Origin: an uncultured Anaerolineaceae bacterium
GTDB lineage: Bacteria; Planctomycetota; Phycisphaerae; FEN-1346; JAACEH01
DNA length: 64,000 bases
Direction: 5' to 3'
Assembly: GCA_964500225.1 (NCBI GenBank)
Contig: CAZCOA010000009.1
Coordinates: 195 to 64,194, forward strand
Below are positions 39,460 through 48,292 of the stretch, one piece after another (positions within the stretch are counted from its first letter, which is position 1; every line of letters starts with the position of its first letter). The notes under the pieces were generated by a model. It saw only the letters and a program-made list of their open reading frames with translations. It did not search any database and was not told the DNA's origin. The translations under genes and the position numbers were made by a program.

Positions 39460-40572
39460 ATGCGTATTCCCTTGTCGTCGCCCGATATCAGCCAGGCGGA
39501 CATTGATGCCGTGGTGGCCGTCCTGAAGACGCCGACGTTGAGCCTCGGGCCGAAGCTGCCCGAGTTCGAGCAGAAGCTGGCTGCGTACATCGGCCGTCGT
39601 CACGCCGTGGTCGTCAACAGCGGCACCAGCGCCCTGCACCTGTCGATTCGCGCCCTGGGCATCGGCCCCGGCGACGAGGTCATCACGACGCCGTTTTCGT
39701 TCGTCGCATCGGCCAACTGCATTCTGTTCGAGGGCGCCTGTCCGGTCTTCGTCGATATCGATCCGACCGACTATAACATCGACGTGTCGCAGGTCGAGGA
39801 TGCCATCACCGACCAGACCAAGGCGATCCTGGCCGTGGACGTTTTCGGGCGACCGGCCCGGCTCGATGAGCTTGAGGAGATCGCCCGACGGCACGACCTG
39901 CTGCTGATCGAGGACTCCTGCGAGGCCATCGGCAGCACCTACAAGGGACGCAGGGCCGGTTCGTTCGGCGAGTGCGGGCACTGTGCCTTTTACCCCAACA
40001 AGCAGATGACCACGGGCGAGGGCGGGGCCATCGTTACCGACAACGACGAGCTGGCCGCCCTGGCGCGCAGCATGCGCAACCAGGGACGCGGCGAAGGGGG
40101 CGGATGGCTCGCCCATGAACGCCTCGGCTACAACTATCGTCTGAGCGACATCAACTGCGCCCTGGGCATCTCGCAACTGGCCCGCATGGACCAGTTCGTT
40201 GCCGCTCGCGCCGCCGTGGCCGAACGGTACAACCGTCTCCTGGCCGATGTGGACGAGGTCATCACGCCCGCGCCCTACACCGATGGGGTCATGTCGTGGT
40301 TCGTCTACGTCATCCGTCTGGCCGACCGCTTTGGTCGCGATCGCCGCGACGCCCTGATCCACGGACTCCGCGAGCGTGGTATCGGCGCGAGCAACTACTT
40401 CTCGCCGATTCACCTTCAGCCGTTCTACCGTGAGATGTACGGCTACGCCGAGGGCGACTTCCCGGTCACCGAGTTCGTGTCCGACCGGACCGTCGCGCTG
40501 CCGTTCCACAACAATCTCAGCCCTGCCGATCAGCAGACGGTGGTCGATGCCGTCCGCGATCTGCTGGCCTGA
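39460..40572 (+). CDS. DegT/DnrJ/EryC1/StrS PLP-dependent aminotransferase (second copy)
   Basis: ATG at 39460 follows GGAAAGGAG. MRIPLSSPDISQADIDAV...NSGTSALHL. YPNKQMTTGEGG contains the PLP Lys. Confidence 0.85.
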   Translation: MRIPLSSPDISQADIDAVVAVLKTPTLSLGPKLPEFEQKLAAYIGRRHAVVVNSGTSALHLSIRALGIGPGDEVITTPFSFVASANCILFEGACPVFVDIDPTDYNIDVSQVEDAITDQTKAILAVDVFGRPARLDELEEIARRHDLLLIEDSCEAIGSTYKGRRAGSFGECGHCAFYPNKQMTTGEGGAIVTDNDELAALARSMRNQGRGEGGGWLAHERLGYNYRLSDINCALGISQLARMDQFVAARAAVAERYNRLLADVDEVITPAPYTDGVMSWFVYVIRLADRFGRDRRDALIHGLRERGIGASNYFSPIHLQPFYREMYGYAEGDFPVTEFVSDRTVALPFHNNLSPADQQTVVDAVRDLLA

Positions 40573-40797
40573 ATCCGATGGCACATGCGGTTTCGCCGCA
40601 GTGTGCGTGGGCGGGGGCAGGGCCACTTTGGTCCTGTCCTCGGGGCGATTCGTCGGTAAAGCGCGAGCCGTCGGGTGCAGTCTTGTCGAGGCCGCCGGGC
40701 GAAGGACGTTCTCCTGAAATGCTCAAGGGGCTGGAATGCGGGGCGTTGCCCGTCGAAGCACTTTTCCCTATGCAAGTTCGCCTGCGGAGGGAATGCG

Positions 40798-41859
40798 GTG
40801 AGCCACAGCCAGGACAGGTCCGATCCATGCTCCGAACGGGAGCGTCTATCGCGTCGGGAGTTTTTGCGGCAGGGACTGGCCGCGGCGGCGGCCGTGGGCG
40901 CGGCGGCGTCGCTGCCGCCGTTGGCGGGGCGGCTGTTCGGGCAAGAGACGCCTGCGGCCGGACAGGCTGCGGCTGCCGGCACCGGTGACGCCGCCGGCGC
41001 GGGCGGTGTGGCCGGTAAGAGCCGCGTCATCGTCATCACGCATCCCGAGGCACTGGTGCGGGAGTATGTGGGCAATCGTCCGGTTCTTCAGCAGATGCTC
41101 GAGCGGGCCGTTCGGGAGCTGACCGGGGCCGACAGCGACAAGAAGGCCTGGCAGCAGGTGGCACTGCCGGGCGAGCCGGTCTCGATCAAGACCACGCGCG
41201 CCGGCGGCGACCTTCTGAAGACGCACGACGAGTTGTCGGCCTATGTGGCCGAGCGGCTGATCGAGGCCGCCGGGAGCGACAAGGACCGCATCCGCATCTG
41301 GGACCGGCCGGACCTGCGCGGCGAGGATCTGGAACTTTCGGAGCCGTTTGTTCTGCCGACGCGCGGCAAAGAAACGCGCCTGCGGGCCGTGCTCGTCAAG
41401 GACTCGCCGGCCATCGTCAATATGCCCGTTCTGAAAACGCACTCGGGCACCGGCGCGTCGATCGCGATGAAGAATCATTTCGGCTCGATCAACAATCCGT
41501 CGGCGTTCCACAGTTGGGCCACGGGCAATATGGCTCGTAGCATCGCCGAATTGAACCGCCTGGATCCGATCCGCACGCGGACGCGGCTGATCGTGGTGGA
41601 TGCCACGCGGCCGTTGTTTGCCGAAGGGCCGTCGGACAATCCGGACTTTCGCTGGACGTTCGGCGGCCTGATTGTCGGGACGGACCCGGTAGCCGTGGAC
41701 GCGGTGGGTCTGGACATCCTGGAGAAGAAGCGCGAGGAGCATTTCGGCCGTCCGTGGCCGCTGGAGCACGCCCGCGAGATGGTGCGTTGGGGCCAGACCA
41801 TCGGCCTGGGCAACGCCGACGCCTCGCGCATCGAGGTGGTCCGGATCAAGCTGGACTGA
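40798..41859 (+). CDS. DUF362 domain protein with a twin-arginine (TAT) signal
   Basis: SRREFLRQGLAAAAAVGAAASL TAT-like signal. DUF362-like VNMPVLKTHSGTGASIAMKNHFGSI. The GTG start at 40798 follows GGAGGG and is tentative. Confidence 0.65.
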   Translation: MSHSQDRSDPCSERERLSRREFLRQGLAAAAAVGAAASLPPLAGRLFGQETPAAGQAAAAGTGDAAGAGGVAGKSRVIVITHPEALVREYVGNRPVLQQMLERAVRELTGADSDKKAWQQVALPGEPVSIKTTRAGGDLLKTHDELSAYVAERLIEAAGSDKDRIRIWDRPDLRGEDLELSEPFVLPTRGKETRLRAVLVKDSPAIVNMPVLKTHSGTGASIAMKNHFGSINNPSAFHSWATGNMARSIAELNRLDPIRTRTRLIVVDATRPLFAEGPSDNPDFRWTFGGLIVGTDPVAVDAVGLDILEKKREEHFGRPWPLEHAREMVRWGQTIGLGNADASRIEVVRIKLD

Positions 41860-41876
41860 TGCGGTGCGGGCAACGA

Positions 41877-42335
41877 CTACTGCCCGGCGCCGGCTTTGAG
41901 CTGCTGGAGTTCCTTGCTGAGTGTTTCGATTGTCTCTCGCATCCGGGCCTGGGCGTCGGCGTGGGCTTGCTGCTGTTGTGTCAGATCGTTCTGAAGCCGT
42001 TGCAGTTCGGTCTGCCGCTGAACCAGTTGCACCTTCAGGTCGGCGTGCTGGGCGGCCAGCTCGTCATATCTGTCTTTGGCCTCGTCCCTGGTTTTGGCAA
42101 GATCGGCGACCGCCAGCCGGTACTTCTCGTCGCGTGTCTTGACGGCCGCTTCCAGGCCCTGGACCTGCTGCGTCAAGGTGTCGCAGCGATTGGTCAGCAG
42201 GGCCCGCTCTTTCCGGTATGCCTCGGCGTCGCTGCGGCGCAACACCAGGCCGACGGTCAGTCCGCCGCCGGCGCCGACAACCAGTCCGGCCAGCGCCGCC
42301 AACGTTACAGCTACGATGGTCTTGCGTTTTCCCAT
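41877..42335 (-). CDS. Hypothetical membrane-anchored coiled-coil protein
   Basis: N-terminal TM (IVAVTLAALAGLVVGAGGGLTVGLVL) followed by about 110 aa of heptad-like Q/E/L/A/K-rich sequence. Codon usage looks coding. Confidence 0.55.
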   Translation of the reverse strand: MGKRKTIVAVTLAALAGLVVGAGGGLTVGLVLRRSDAEAYRKERALLTNRCDTLTQQVQGLEAAVKTRDEKYRLAVADLAKTRDEAKDRYDELAAQHADLKVQLVQRQTELQRLQNDLTQQQQAHADAQARMRETIETLSKELQQLKAGAGQ

Positions 42336-42522
42336 GGTGACGGCCCTCGCGCAAGGTGCCCCCTTGTCCCTTCGATCGCATCGTGGATTGGATATGTCGC
42401 CCCATCAGACCGCGCAGGGGCCGTCCTGTCAAGGCCCGTGCATAAAGCAGCCCCGTGGTTCCGGAACCGCCGGAACACGCCGCCGAGATATTCCCGAACC
42501 TCTCACGGCGTCGTTTCTCTAA

Positions 42523-45390
42523 TCACGACATGGCCAGCACGTTTCTGGCGCGGCGGCGAACGTAGGCGCGTTCGTCTGTCAGGTACCGCTCGGCCAGGGA
42601 CCGGTCGGGCCGACCGAGGCGGGCCAGGGCCTCGGCAGCTGTCAGGTCCAGTTGCCAACGGGCGTCCTCGACCACTTTTCCACGACCGCCCATGCTGACC
42701 TGGAGGCTTCGGGTGGTATCCAGATCGGTTCGGGCCAAGACGGCGCGAATAGCTGTTTCGGCCGATGGGTCGCCGATGCGTCCGAGGGCTCTTACGGCGG
42801 CGATGACCGCACTGAGCGGCGCCTCGGGATCGGTCAGCACCTCGCTCAGAGCCGGCACGGCTTCGCGGCTGCGCACGCGGCCCAGCAGCACGATCGACGA
42901 CATCCATTGCGGCGCCGCCTTGTTGCTTTGGAGGGTCTCCTGTCGGCGCCGGCGCACTGCCTCAATCAGTTCGCCTGCTCCTGATCCGTCGCCGGCCAGG
43001 GCTAGCGTCGCCGCCGACCAGAACCGCTGGGCCGGCACGTCGCTGTCCAGTTTCTCGCGCAGTGCCGGCAGGGCGTCCGGATGGTTCTCGGCCAGTTGCC
43101 ACGCAGCGTCGAACGGTTTGTCCTCGCCCAGTTGTTCCACCAGCTTCTCGGTAGTCGCCTCCGGCAGCGCCGGCAACGGGCGGTCCGATTCGCGTAGTGC
43201 GCCGCTCTCACGGAGAAGGCGCTGAAGCTCCGCCACGTCGATGGCCCGCGGCATCAGGCCGTGGCGCGCCGCCAACGCCGCCGCGATACCTGCCGCCTCG
43301 CCGATTCGCTGCATGTCCCGCTGCATTCGCAACTGGTGGTGTGCGTCCTGGGTCAGCGACAGCGCGCGGCACGCCACGAGCAACCCCTCGATGCCGCGCG
43401 GCAACAGACACCGGTACGGTATCTCGCAGCCGATGGGTGTGCGCCATTGACCGAGCAGCCAGACCCACATCGCCCCGACGTCGGACTCGTTTTCGTAGTC
43501 CATAGCGTGGTTGTCGTAGTGGCTGAAGCCGTAGCCGATCACGTCGGGAAACTGCCGCCCCGCGATCTGGTCGGCCAGCGTCAACTGGTAATCGCCGACG
43601 ATCTGGCGTCCCTGACGCAAGCCCAGGTGCGGGGCAATGTAGGTCCACCGCTTGTCATCGGTCCAGGCATCGAGCCGCAAATGACGCAGGCCCAACGAGC
43701 GTCCGCGCGTCAGGTCGGTCACGTCGTCGGGGTCCACATAGCCGGCATCGAAGTTGACGAGGATCATGTTGAGGTAGCCCAGGGGCTTTCCTTCGGCATC
43801 CTTGGCCGGCGCGATCGCCCCGGCGCTTTGGCTGAAGGCGTGCAGCAGCCCGTCGCCCTCGCGTCCATAGACGAACTTGGCCCCGGCCATGGCGGCCACG
43901 TCGCCGTCGCCGGTCGAATCGACAAACGCCGCGGCTTCGCAGAAGCGCACCCCTTCGGGGCCGGCCGCCACGACCGCCGTCACGCGAATCGGCGACTCGC
44001 CGCCCGTGGTGCCGCGTCGTACCAAGGCCTTGGATCGCCAGTCGGTGGGCTCGTACCGTTCGGCGATGACGCCCGTGGCCGTCGTGCCCAGGGCGAGCCG
44101 CACGCCCGCCTCGCGAGCCATTTGCAGCAACACCACCTTCTTGGCGTCGGGATGGAAAGAGGGGTTCTCCCAAGCCCGCACCCGGTGTCGTCCCATGAAC
44201 AGCGGCGCGAGTTCCTGCGTGCGGCGGTCCACCTCGTCCTGGAGCCCGCCGGTGCGGCCGTGGTAATACATGTGAATGCCGCCGCCGGTGCCGATGCCGC
44301 CCAGGTAGGTCAGCGGCTCCACCAGAAGCGTGTCGGCGCCTTGGCGTGCCGCGGCAATGGCCGCCAGGGCCCCGGCGGTGCCGCCGCCCAGGACCACGAC
44401 GTCGGCCCGCTCGTGCGGCGGCGGCGGAAGCAGCGACCCGGCCTCGTCCAGCGGCGCATCGTCCCGCGGCGCATATACCCGCGCCGCTTCGGCGCCCACG
44501 GTTTCGCCCAAGGCAATCAGTGCCGCCGGGCTGTGGGCCTCGGCGTCGCCCTCGGCTCCCGTGGCAGCGGCCGTCAGCAGCCCCGGCCGCGAGGCCGGTT
44601 CGGCCGCGGCATCGGCCACGACCAGCGGCCCAAGGGGCAACGTTTCCACGCTCATGCTCGTGACCAGGGCGTCGCGGGCCACGGTCACGCGGTCGCGAAC
44701 GGCATGCAGAATCTGCGGCACGGCCAGGTGCGCGTCAATAATGGAATCCGTGGGCATCGTGAACTCGACAGCGGCCTCGCCCACCCACAGCGACGGTCGC
44801 ACGACCACGGTCGTCGCTGGTCCGCACGGCCCCAGGTCCACGGCCTCGCCGAGCGGTTTTTCCAAAGCGTTCAGCAGGATCGTCACGCGCGCGGGCGCCG
44901 ACTCCACGCGCCGAAACGGCAATCCGGCGTCGCGGGCCAGTACCAGGGTGTCGGTGGCGTCCACGACCCAGTCCGCGCGCAGTGCGTGTTGGCCGGACTT
45001 GCAGCCGACGATGATGCCGGCAATGCGCCCGTCGTCGGCCTGCACCGGGCACAGCGGCGAGGCATACAGCAACAGTTCGACGCCGGCTTCCTCGGCCATC
45101 TGGTGCATCATCAACTCGGCCGCGGGCGGGCAGAGGAGTCCGTCGCGGGCGGCGCCTTGGGCGGCAAGCCGGCTCATCAGTTCGGCGGCCAGTCCGTTGT
45201 CCGGCGGCGCGGCACGGTCCCAAAGGCGGACGGTGTGGGTCAGGGCAATCTGCCACCCGAGTTGGGCTCGTCGCGAAACCAGCAGAACCTTGTGTCCTGC
45301 GCGTGCGGCGGTGAGGGCCGCCGCCCAGCCGCACAACCCGCCGCCGGCCACCAGGATCTCGTGCTTACGGTCGAAAACGTCGTACGCCAT
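42523..45390 (-). CDS. Large FAD-dependent oxidoreductase with two dinucleotide-binding modules and C-terminal HEAT/PBS-lyase-type repeats
   Basis: Two GxGxxG modules (ILVAGGGLCGWAAAL; VVVLGGGTAGALAAIAAARQG). C-terminal repeats (AVPALSEVLTDP...AVRALGRIGDPSAETAIRAVL; AAEALARLGRPD). Confidence 0.75.
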   Translation of the reverse strand: MAYDVFDRKHEILVAGGGLCGWAAALTAARAGHKVLLVSRRAQLGWQIALTHTVRLWDRAAPPDNGLAAELMSRLAAQGAARDGLLCPPAAELMMHQMAEEAGVELLLYASPLCPVQADDGRIAGIIVGCKSGQHALRADWVVDATDTLVLARDAGLPFRRVESAPARVTILLNALEKPLGEAVDLGPCGPATTVVVRPSLWVGEAAVEFTMPTDSIIDAHLAVPQILHAVRDRVTVARDALVTSMSVETLPLGPLVVADAAAEPASRPGLLTAAATGAEGDAEAHSPAALIALGETVGAEAARVYAPRDDAPLDEAGSLLPPPPHERADVVVLGGGTAGALAAIAAARQGADTLLVEPLTYLGGIGTGGGIHMYYHGRTGGLQDEVDRRTQELAPLFMGRHRVRAWENPSFHPDAKKVVLLQMAREAGVRLALGTTATGVIAERYEPTDWRSKALVRRGTTGGESPIRVTAVVAAGPEGVRFCEAAAFVDSTGDGDVAAMAGAKFVYGREGDGLLHAFSQSAGAIAPAKDAEGKPLGYLNMILVNFDAGYVDPDDVTDLTRGRSLGLRHLRLDAWTDDKRWTYIAPHLGLRQGRQIVGDYQLTLADQIAGRQFPDVIGYGFSHYDNHAMDYENESDVGAMWVWLLGQWRTPIGCEIPYRCLLPRGIEGLLVACRALSLTQDAHHQLRMQRDMQRIGEAAGIAAALAARHGLMPRAIDVAELQRLLRESGALRESDRPLPALPEATTEKLVEQLGEDKPFDAAWQLAENHPDALPALREKLDSDVPAQRFWSAATLALAGDGSGAGELIEAVRRRRQETLQSNKAAPQWMSSIVLLGRVRSREAVPALSEVLTDPEAPLSAVIAAVRALGRIGDPSAETAIRAVLARTDLDTTRSLQVSMGGRGKVVEDARWQLDLTAAEALARLGRPDRSLAERYLTDERAYVRRRARNVLAMS

Positions 45391-45641
45391 GCCCTACTCT
45401 CCCTTGTCACCCCTGTGGTTCGAAGACGCAAAGGCGATATGATACCGCTTCCGGCAGCGGCGACACAAGGCCGGTCGGCAATCAAAAATGACTTAGTTTT
45501 CGTTGACAAGGTCTCGCCAAGAGCTGCACGTGAGCTATAATACCGGGTCGATTGGCGGAGTCGTTGCCGCCGTGGCAGCGTTCCGCCGGCAACGGTCACG
45601 TTGACAACGGTCAGAAGGCGACGCGAGTAGGAAAATCGAGC

Positions 45642-47123
45642 ATGGGCAGTGAAGCAGAGGGCGGCAACACGTTCCGCAGCGATGCGGACCATCGGCTGGA
45701 CGCTCAGTTGGAGCAGGAGATTCAGGACGCGCTGGGCGGCAAGAGCATCGAGGAGGTGATGGACGAGGCCGACGCATCGCGTGACGTTTCGGACTCGGCC
45801 GGGGCAGTGCCTGGACTGAGGCGAGGCAAGGTCATCGGCATCACCGGCAGCGACATCTTCGTCGATCTCGGCGGTCGCAGCCAGGGGGTGATCACGAGCG
45901 ATCAGTTCGAGCCGGACAAGTTGCCGCACGTGGGCGACACGATCGAGGTGCAGATCGAGCGTTACGACGAACGCGAAGGGATGCTCATTCTGTCGCGTCA
46001 GGGTGTGGCGCAAAAGACGGCCTGGGCCACGATGGCCAAGGGCGACATCGTGGAGGTCCGCGTCACGGGCGTCAACAAGGGCGGCCTGGAGTGCGACCTG
46101 AAGGGCATCCGGGTGTTCATGCCGGCGAGCCAAGTGGATATCGTTCGCATTGAGGACGTCAGCATGCTGATCGGTCAGCGGCTGACGGCCGAAATCGTGG
46201 AGCTGGATCGCAACAGCAAGAACGTTGTGGTGTCGCGTCGCAAAATGCTTGAACGTCAGGCTGCCGAAGCACGTGAGCAAACCATGGCCGAATTGGCCGA
46301 GGGTCAAATCCGCACCGGCACGGTCCGCAATATCATGCCGTTCGGTGCTTTTCTGGACATCGGCGGCGTGGACGGCCTGCTGCACGTCAGCGACATGAGC
46401 TACTCGCGCGTGGACGATCCGAAGGACGTGGTGAAGCTCGGCCAGAAACTCAATGTGAAGATTCTGAAGATCGAGCAGGGCGGCAAGCGGATCAGTCTCG
46501 GGTTGAAACAGTTACAGACGGACCCGTGGGAACATGTGGCCGACAAGTACAAGGCCGGGCAGTCCGTCAAGGGCAAGGTGACCAACCTGGCCAAGTTCGG
46601 GGCGTTCGTCGAGATCGAGCCGGGCCTGGAGGCGCTGATCCCCATCGGCGAGATGACGTGGAAGAAACGGATCCATCACCCGTCGGAGATCCTGTCGAAG
46701 GGGCAGACTGTGGAGGTCGGCATCCTGGAGGTAGATCCTGCGCGTAAGCGCATGAGCGTGAGTCTGAAAGCGATGGAGCCCGATCCGTGGTCCGAAGTGG
46801 AACGGAAATACCCGATCGGCGCCGCCGTGGAAGGCACGGTCACGCGGCTGGCGGATTTCGGGGCGTTCATCGAGCTGGAGCCGGGCGTGGACGGGCTGGC
46901 CCACATCAGCGAGCTGTCGGACAAGCCGATTCAGCGTCCGAGCGATGCCGTGCGGCAAGGGCAGAAGGTGCAGGCCCGCGTGCTTCACGTCAGCGCGGCG
47001 GATCGCCGCATCTCGCTGACGCTTAAGGGCGAGGAGGCTCCCGAGGCCGAGGCGGCACCGAGCGTCGAGGCGGCCAAGCCGGCCAAAAAGCGGCAGAGTC
47101 CGCTTCGCGGCGGGCTGGAATAG
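45642..47123 (+). CDS. rpsA: 30S ribosomal protein S1
   Basis: Tandem S1 OB-fold domains (GTVRNIMPFGAFLDIGGVDGLLHVSDMS; GKVTNLAKFGAFVEIEPGLEALIPIGEM; GTVTRLADFGAFIELEPGVDGLAHISEL). The start at ATG 45642 is tentative. Confidence 0.9.
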   Translation: MGSEAEGGNTFRSDADHRLDAQLEQEIQDALGGKSIEEVMDEADASRDVSDSAGAVPGLRRGKVIGITGSDIFVDLGGRSQGVITSDQFEPDKLPHVGDTIEVQIERYDEREGMLILSRQGVAQKTAWATMAKGDIVEVRVTGVNKGGLECDLKGIRVFMPASQVDIVRIEDVSMLIGQRLTAEIVELDRNSKNVVVSRRKMLERQAAEAREQTMAELAEGQIRTGTVRNIMPFGAFLDIGGVDGLLHVSDMSYSRVDDPKDVVKLGQKLNVKILKIEQGGKRISLGLKQLQTDPWEHVADKYKAGQSVKGKVTNLAKFGAFVEIEPGLEALIPIGEMTWKKRIHHPSEILSKGQTVEVGILEVDPARKRMSVSLKAMEPDPWSEVERKYPIGAAVEGTVTRLADFGAFIELEPGVDGLAHISELSDKPIQRPSDAVRQGQKVQARVLHVSAADRRISLTLKGEEAPEAEAAPSVEAAKPAKKRQSPLRGGLE

Positions 47124-47277
47124 CGGAGACGGTGCGGCAGTAACCTTTGCATGCAGTTGGCGTCCTGCCGTGGACCGCAGTGTCAACTATGACATGCTGC
47201 GCAGCGCACGCGCCCCCTCTCGGAGGCTGCTTCCCCGCGGCTGTAACGAAGGCTCTGCGCCTACTCCAGGAGGAACG

Positions 47278-48228
47278 ATGACGGACTCGGTCGCGGATCG
47301 CAAGTACACCTTTGGCCCGGTGCCGTCGCGCCGCCTGGGGCTGAGCCTCGGCGTGGACTTGGTCCCGCGCAAAGTCTGCACGCAGGACTGCATCTACTGT
47401 CAGGTCGGCCGCACGACCGATTGCACGGTGCGTCGCGGCGATTTCGTGCCCGTGGACGAGGTGCTGGACGAGATCACGCGCGTCCTGCCGCACGTGCCGC
47501 GGCCCGACTACATTACGATGAGCGGCTCTGGCGAGCCGACGCTCAACGTGCGACTCGGCGACGTGATCGACGGCGTCCGTCGCATCACCGACGTGCCCGT
47601 GGCGGTCATCACCAACGGGACGCTCCTGACGGAAGCCGACGTGCGTCGCGACTGTGCCAAGGCGGACCTCGTGGTGCCGTCGCTCGATGCCGCCGACGAG
47701 GCGACGTTCCAGGCGGTCAACCGGCCGGCTCGCGGCCTGACGTTGGAAGGGCTTGTCGCGGGCCTCGTGACGTTTCGGCGCGAGTTCCGGGGACAGTTCT
47801 GGCTCGAAGTGTTCCTGGCGGCCGGCCGCAACGATTCCGACGAGCAGGTGGCCGCCATGGGCCGACTCATCGAACGGATTAACCCGGACCGCATCGACCT
47901 CAACACAGCCACGCGGCCTACTGCGGACGCCGATGTCCGGGCCGTGAGCCCCGAGCGGCTGGCGGCAATTGCCGCCAGGCTCGGCCCCAAGGCCCACGTG
48001 GTGGCCTCGTTCAAAGCGTCGCGGATCACCGAGGCCATGGCCGTCAACGAGAACCAGGTCCTGGCCATGATCCGTCGCCGGCCGGTCACCCTCGACGACA
48101 TCGCCGTCGGCCTGGGCGCCCATGCCAACGAAGTGGCGAAGGTTGTCGGCCACCTGCTGGAATCGGGCCTCATTCGCCGCAGCGACCGCGGCGGCCTGGC
48201 CTACTACGAAGCCGCCGAGAAACCCTGA
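47278..48228 (+). CDS. Radical SAM protein (COG0731-like) with a winged-helix-like C-terminal tail
   Basis: FGPVPSRRLGLSLGVDL, then CTQDCIYC (CxxxCxxC). GGAGGA SD before the ATG at 47278. C-terminal VTLDDIAVGLGAHANEVAKVVGHLLESGLIRR. Confidence 0.8.
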   Translation: MTDSVADRKYTFGPVPSRRLGLSLGVDLVPRKVCTQDCIYCQVGRTTDCTVRRGDFVPVDEVLDEITRVLPHVPRPDYITMSGSGEPTLNVRLGDVIDGVRRITDVPVAVITNGTLLTEADVRRDCAKADLVVPSLDAADEATFQAVNRPARGLTLEGLVAGLVTFRREFRGQFWLEVFLAAGRNDSDEQVAAMGRLIERINPDRIDLNTATRPTADADVRAVSPERLAAIAARLGPKAHVVASFKASRITEAMAVNENQVLAMIRRRPVTLDDIAVGLGAHANEVAKVVGHLLESGLIRRSDRGGLAYYEAAEKP

Positions 48229-48292
48229 TCCGGTTCCATCGCCACCCGCTGACAACGGGCGGGTTCAAGGAATCGTCCGTCCTCGCGCTCCG

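Noticed and set aside
42457-42476. 12-bp perfect palindrome GGTTCCGGAACC followed by a CCGGAAC direct repeat, downstream of the FAD-oxidoreductase stop (reverse strand).
   Set aside because: It could form a 7-bp hairpin, but there is no U-tract for an intrinsic terminator and no second copy elsewhere in the window. This is insufficient to call a terminator, operator or repeat family.
45503-45541. Perfect TTGACA (45503-45508) and perfect TATAAT (45536-45541) upstream of rpsA.
   Set aside because: They are 27 nt apart, far outside the 16-18 nt spacer of a sigma70 promoter. No acceptable -35 lies 17 nt upstream of the TATAAT. The TATAAT alone may still be part of a promoter, but I cannot support a call.
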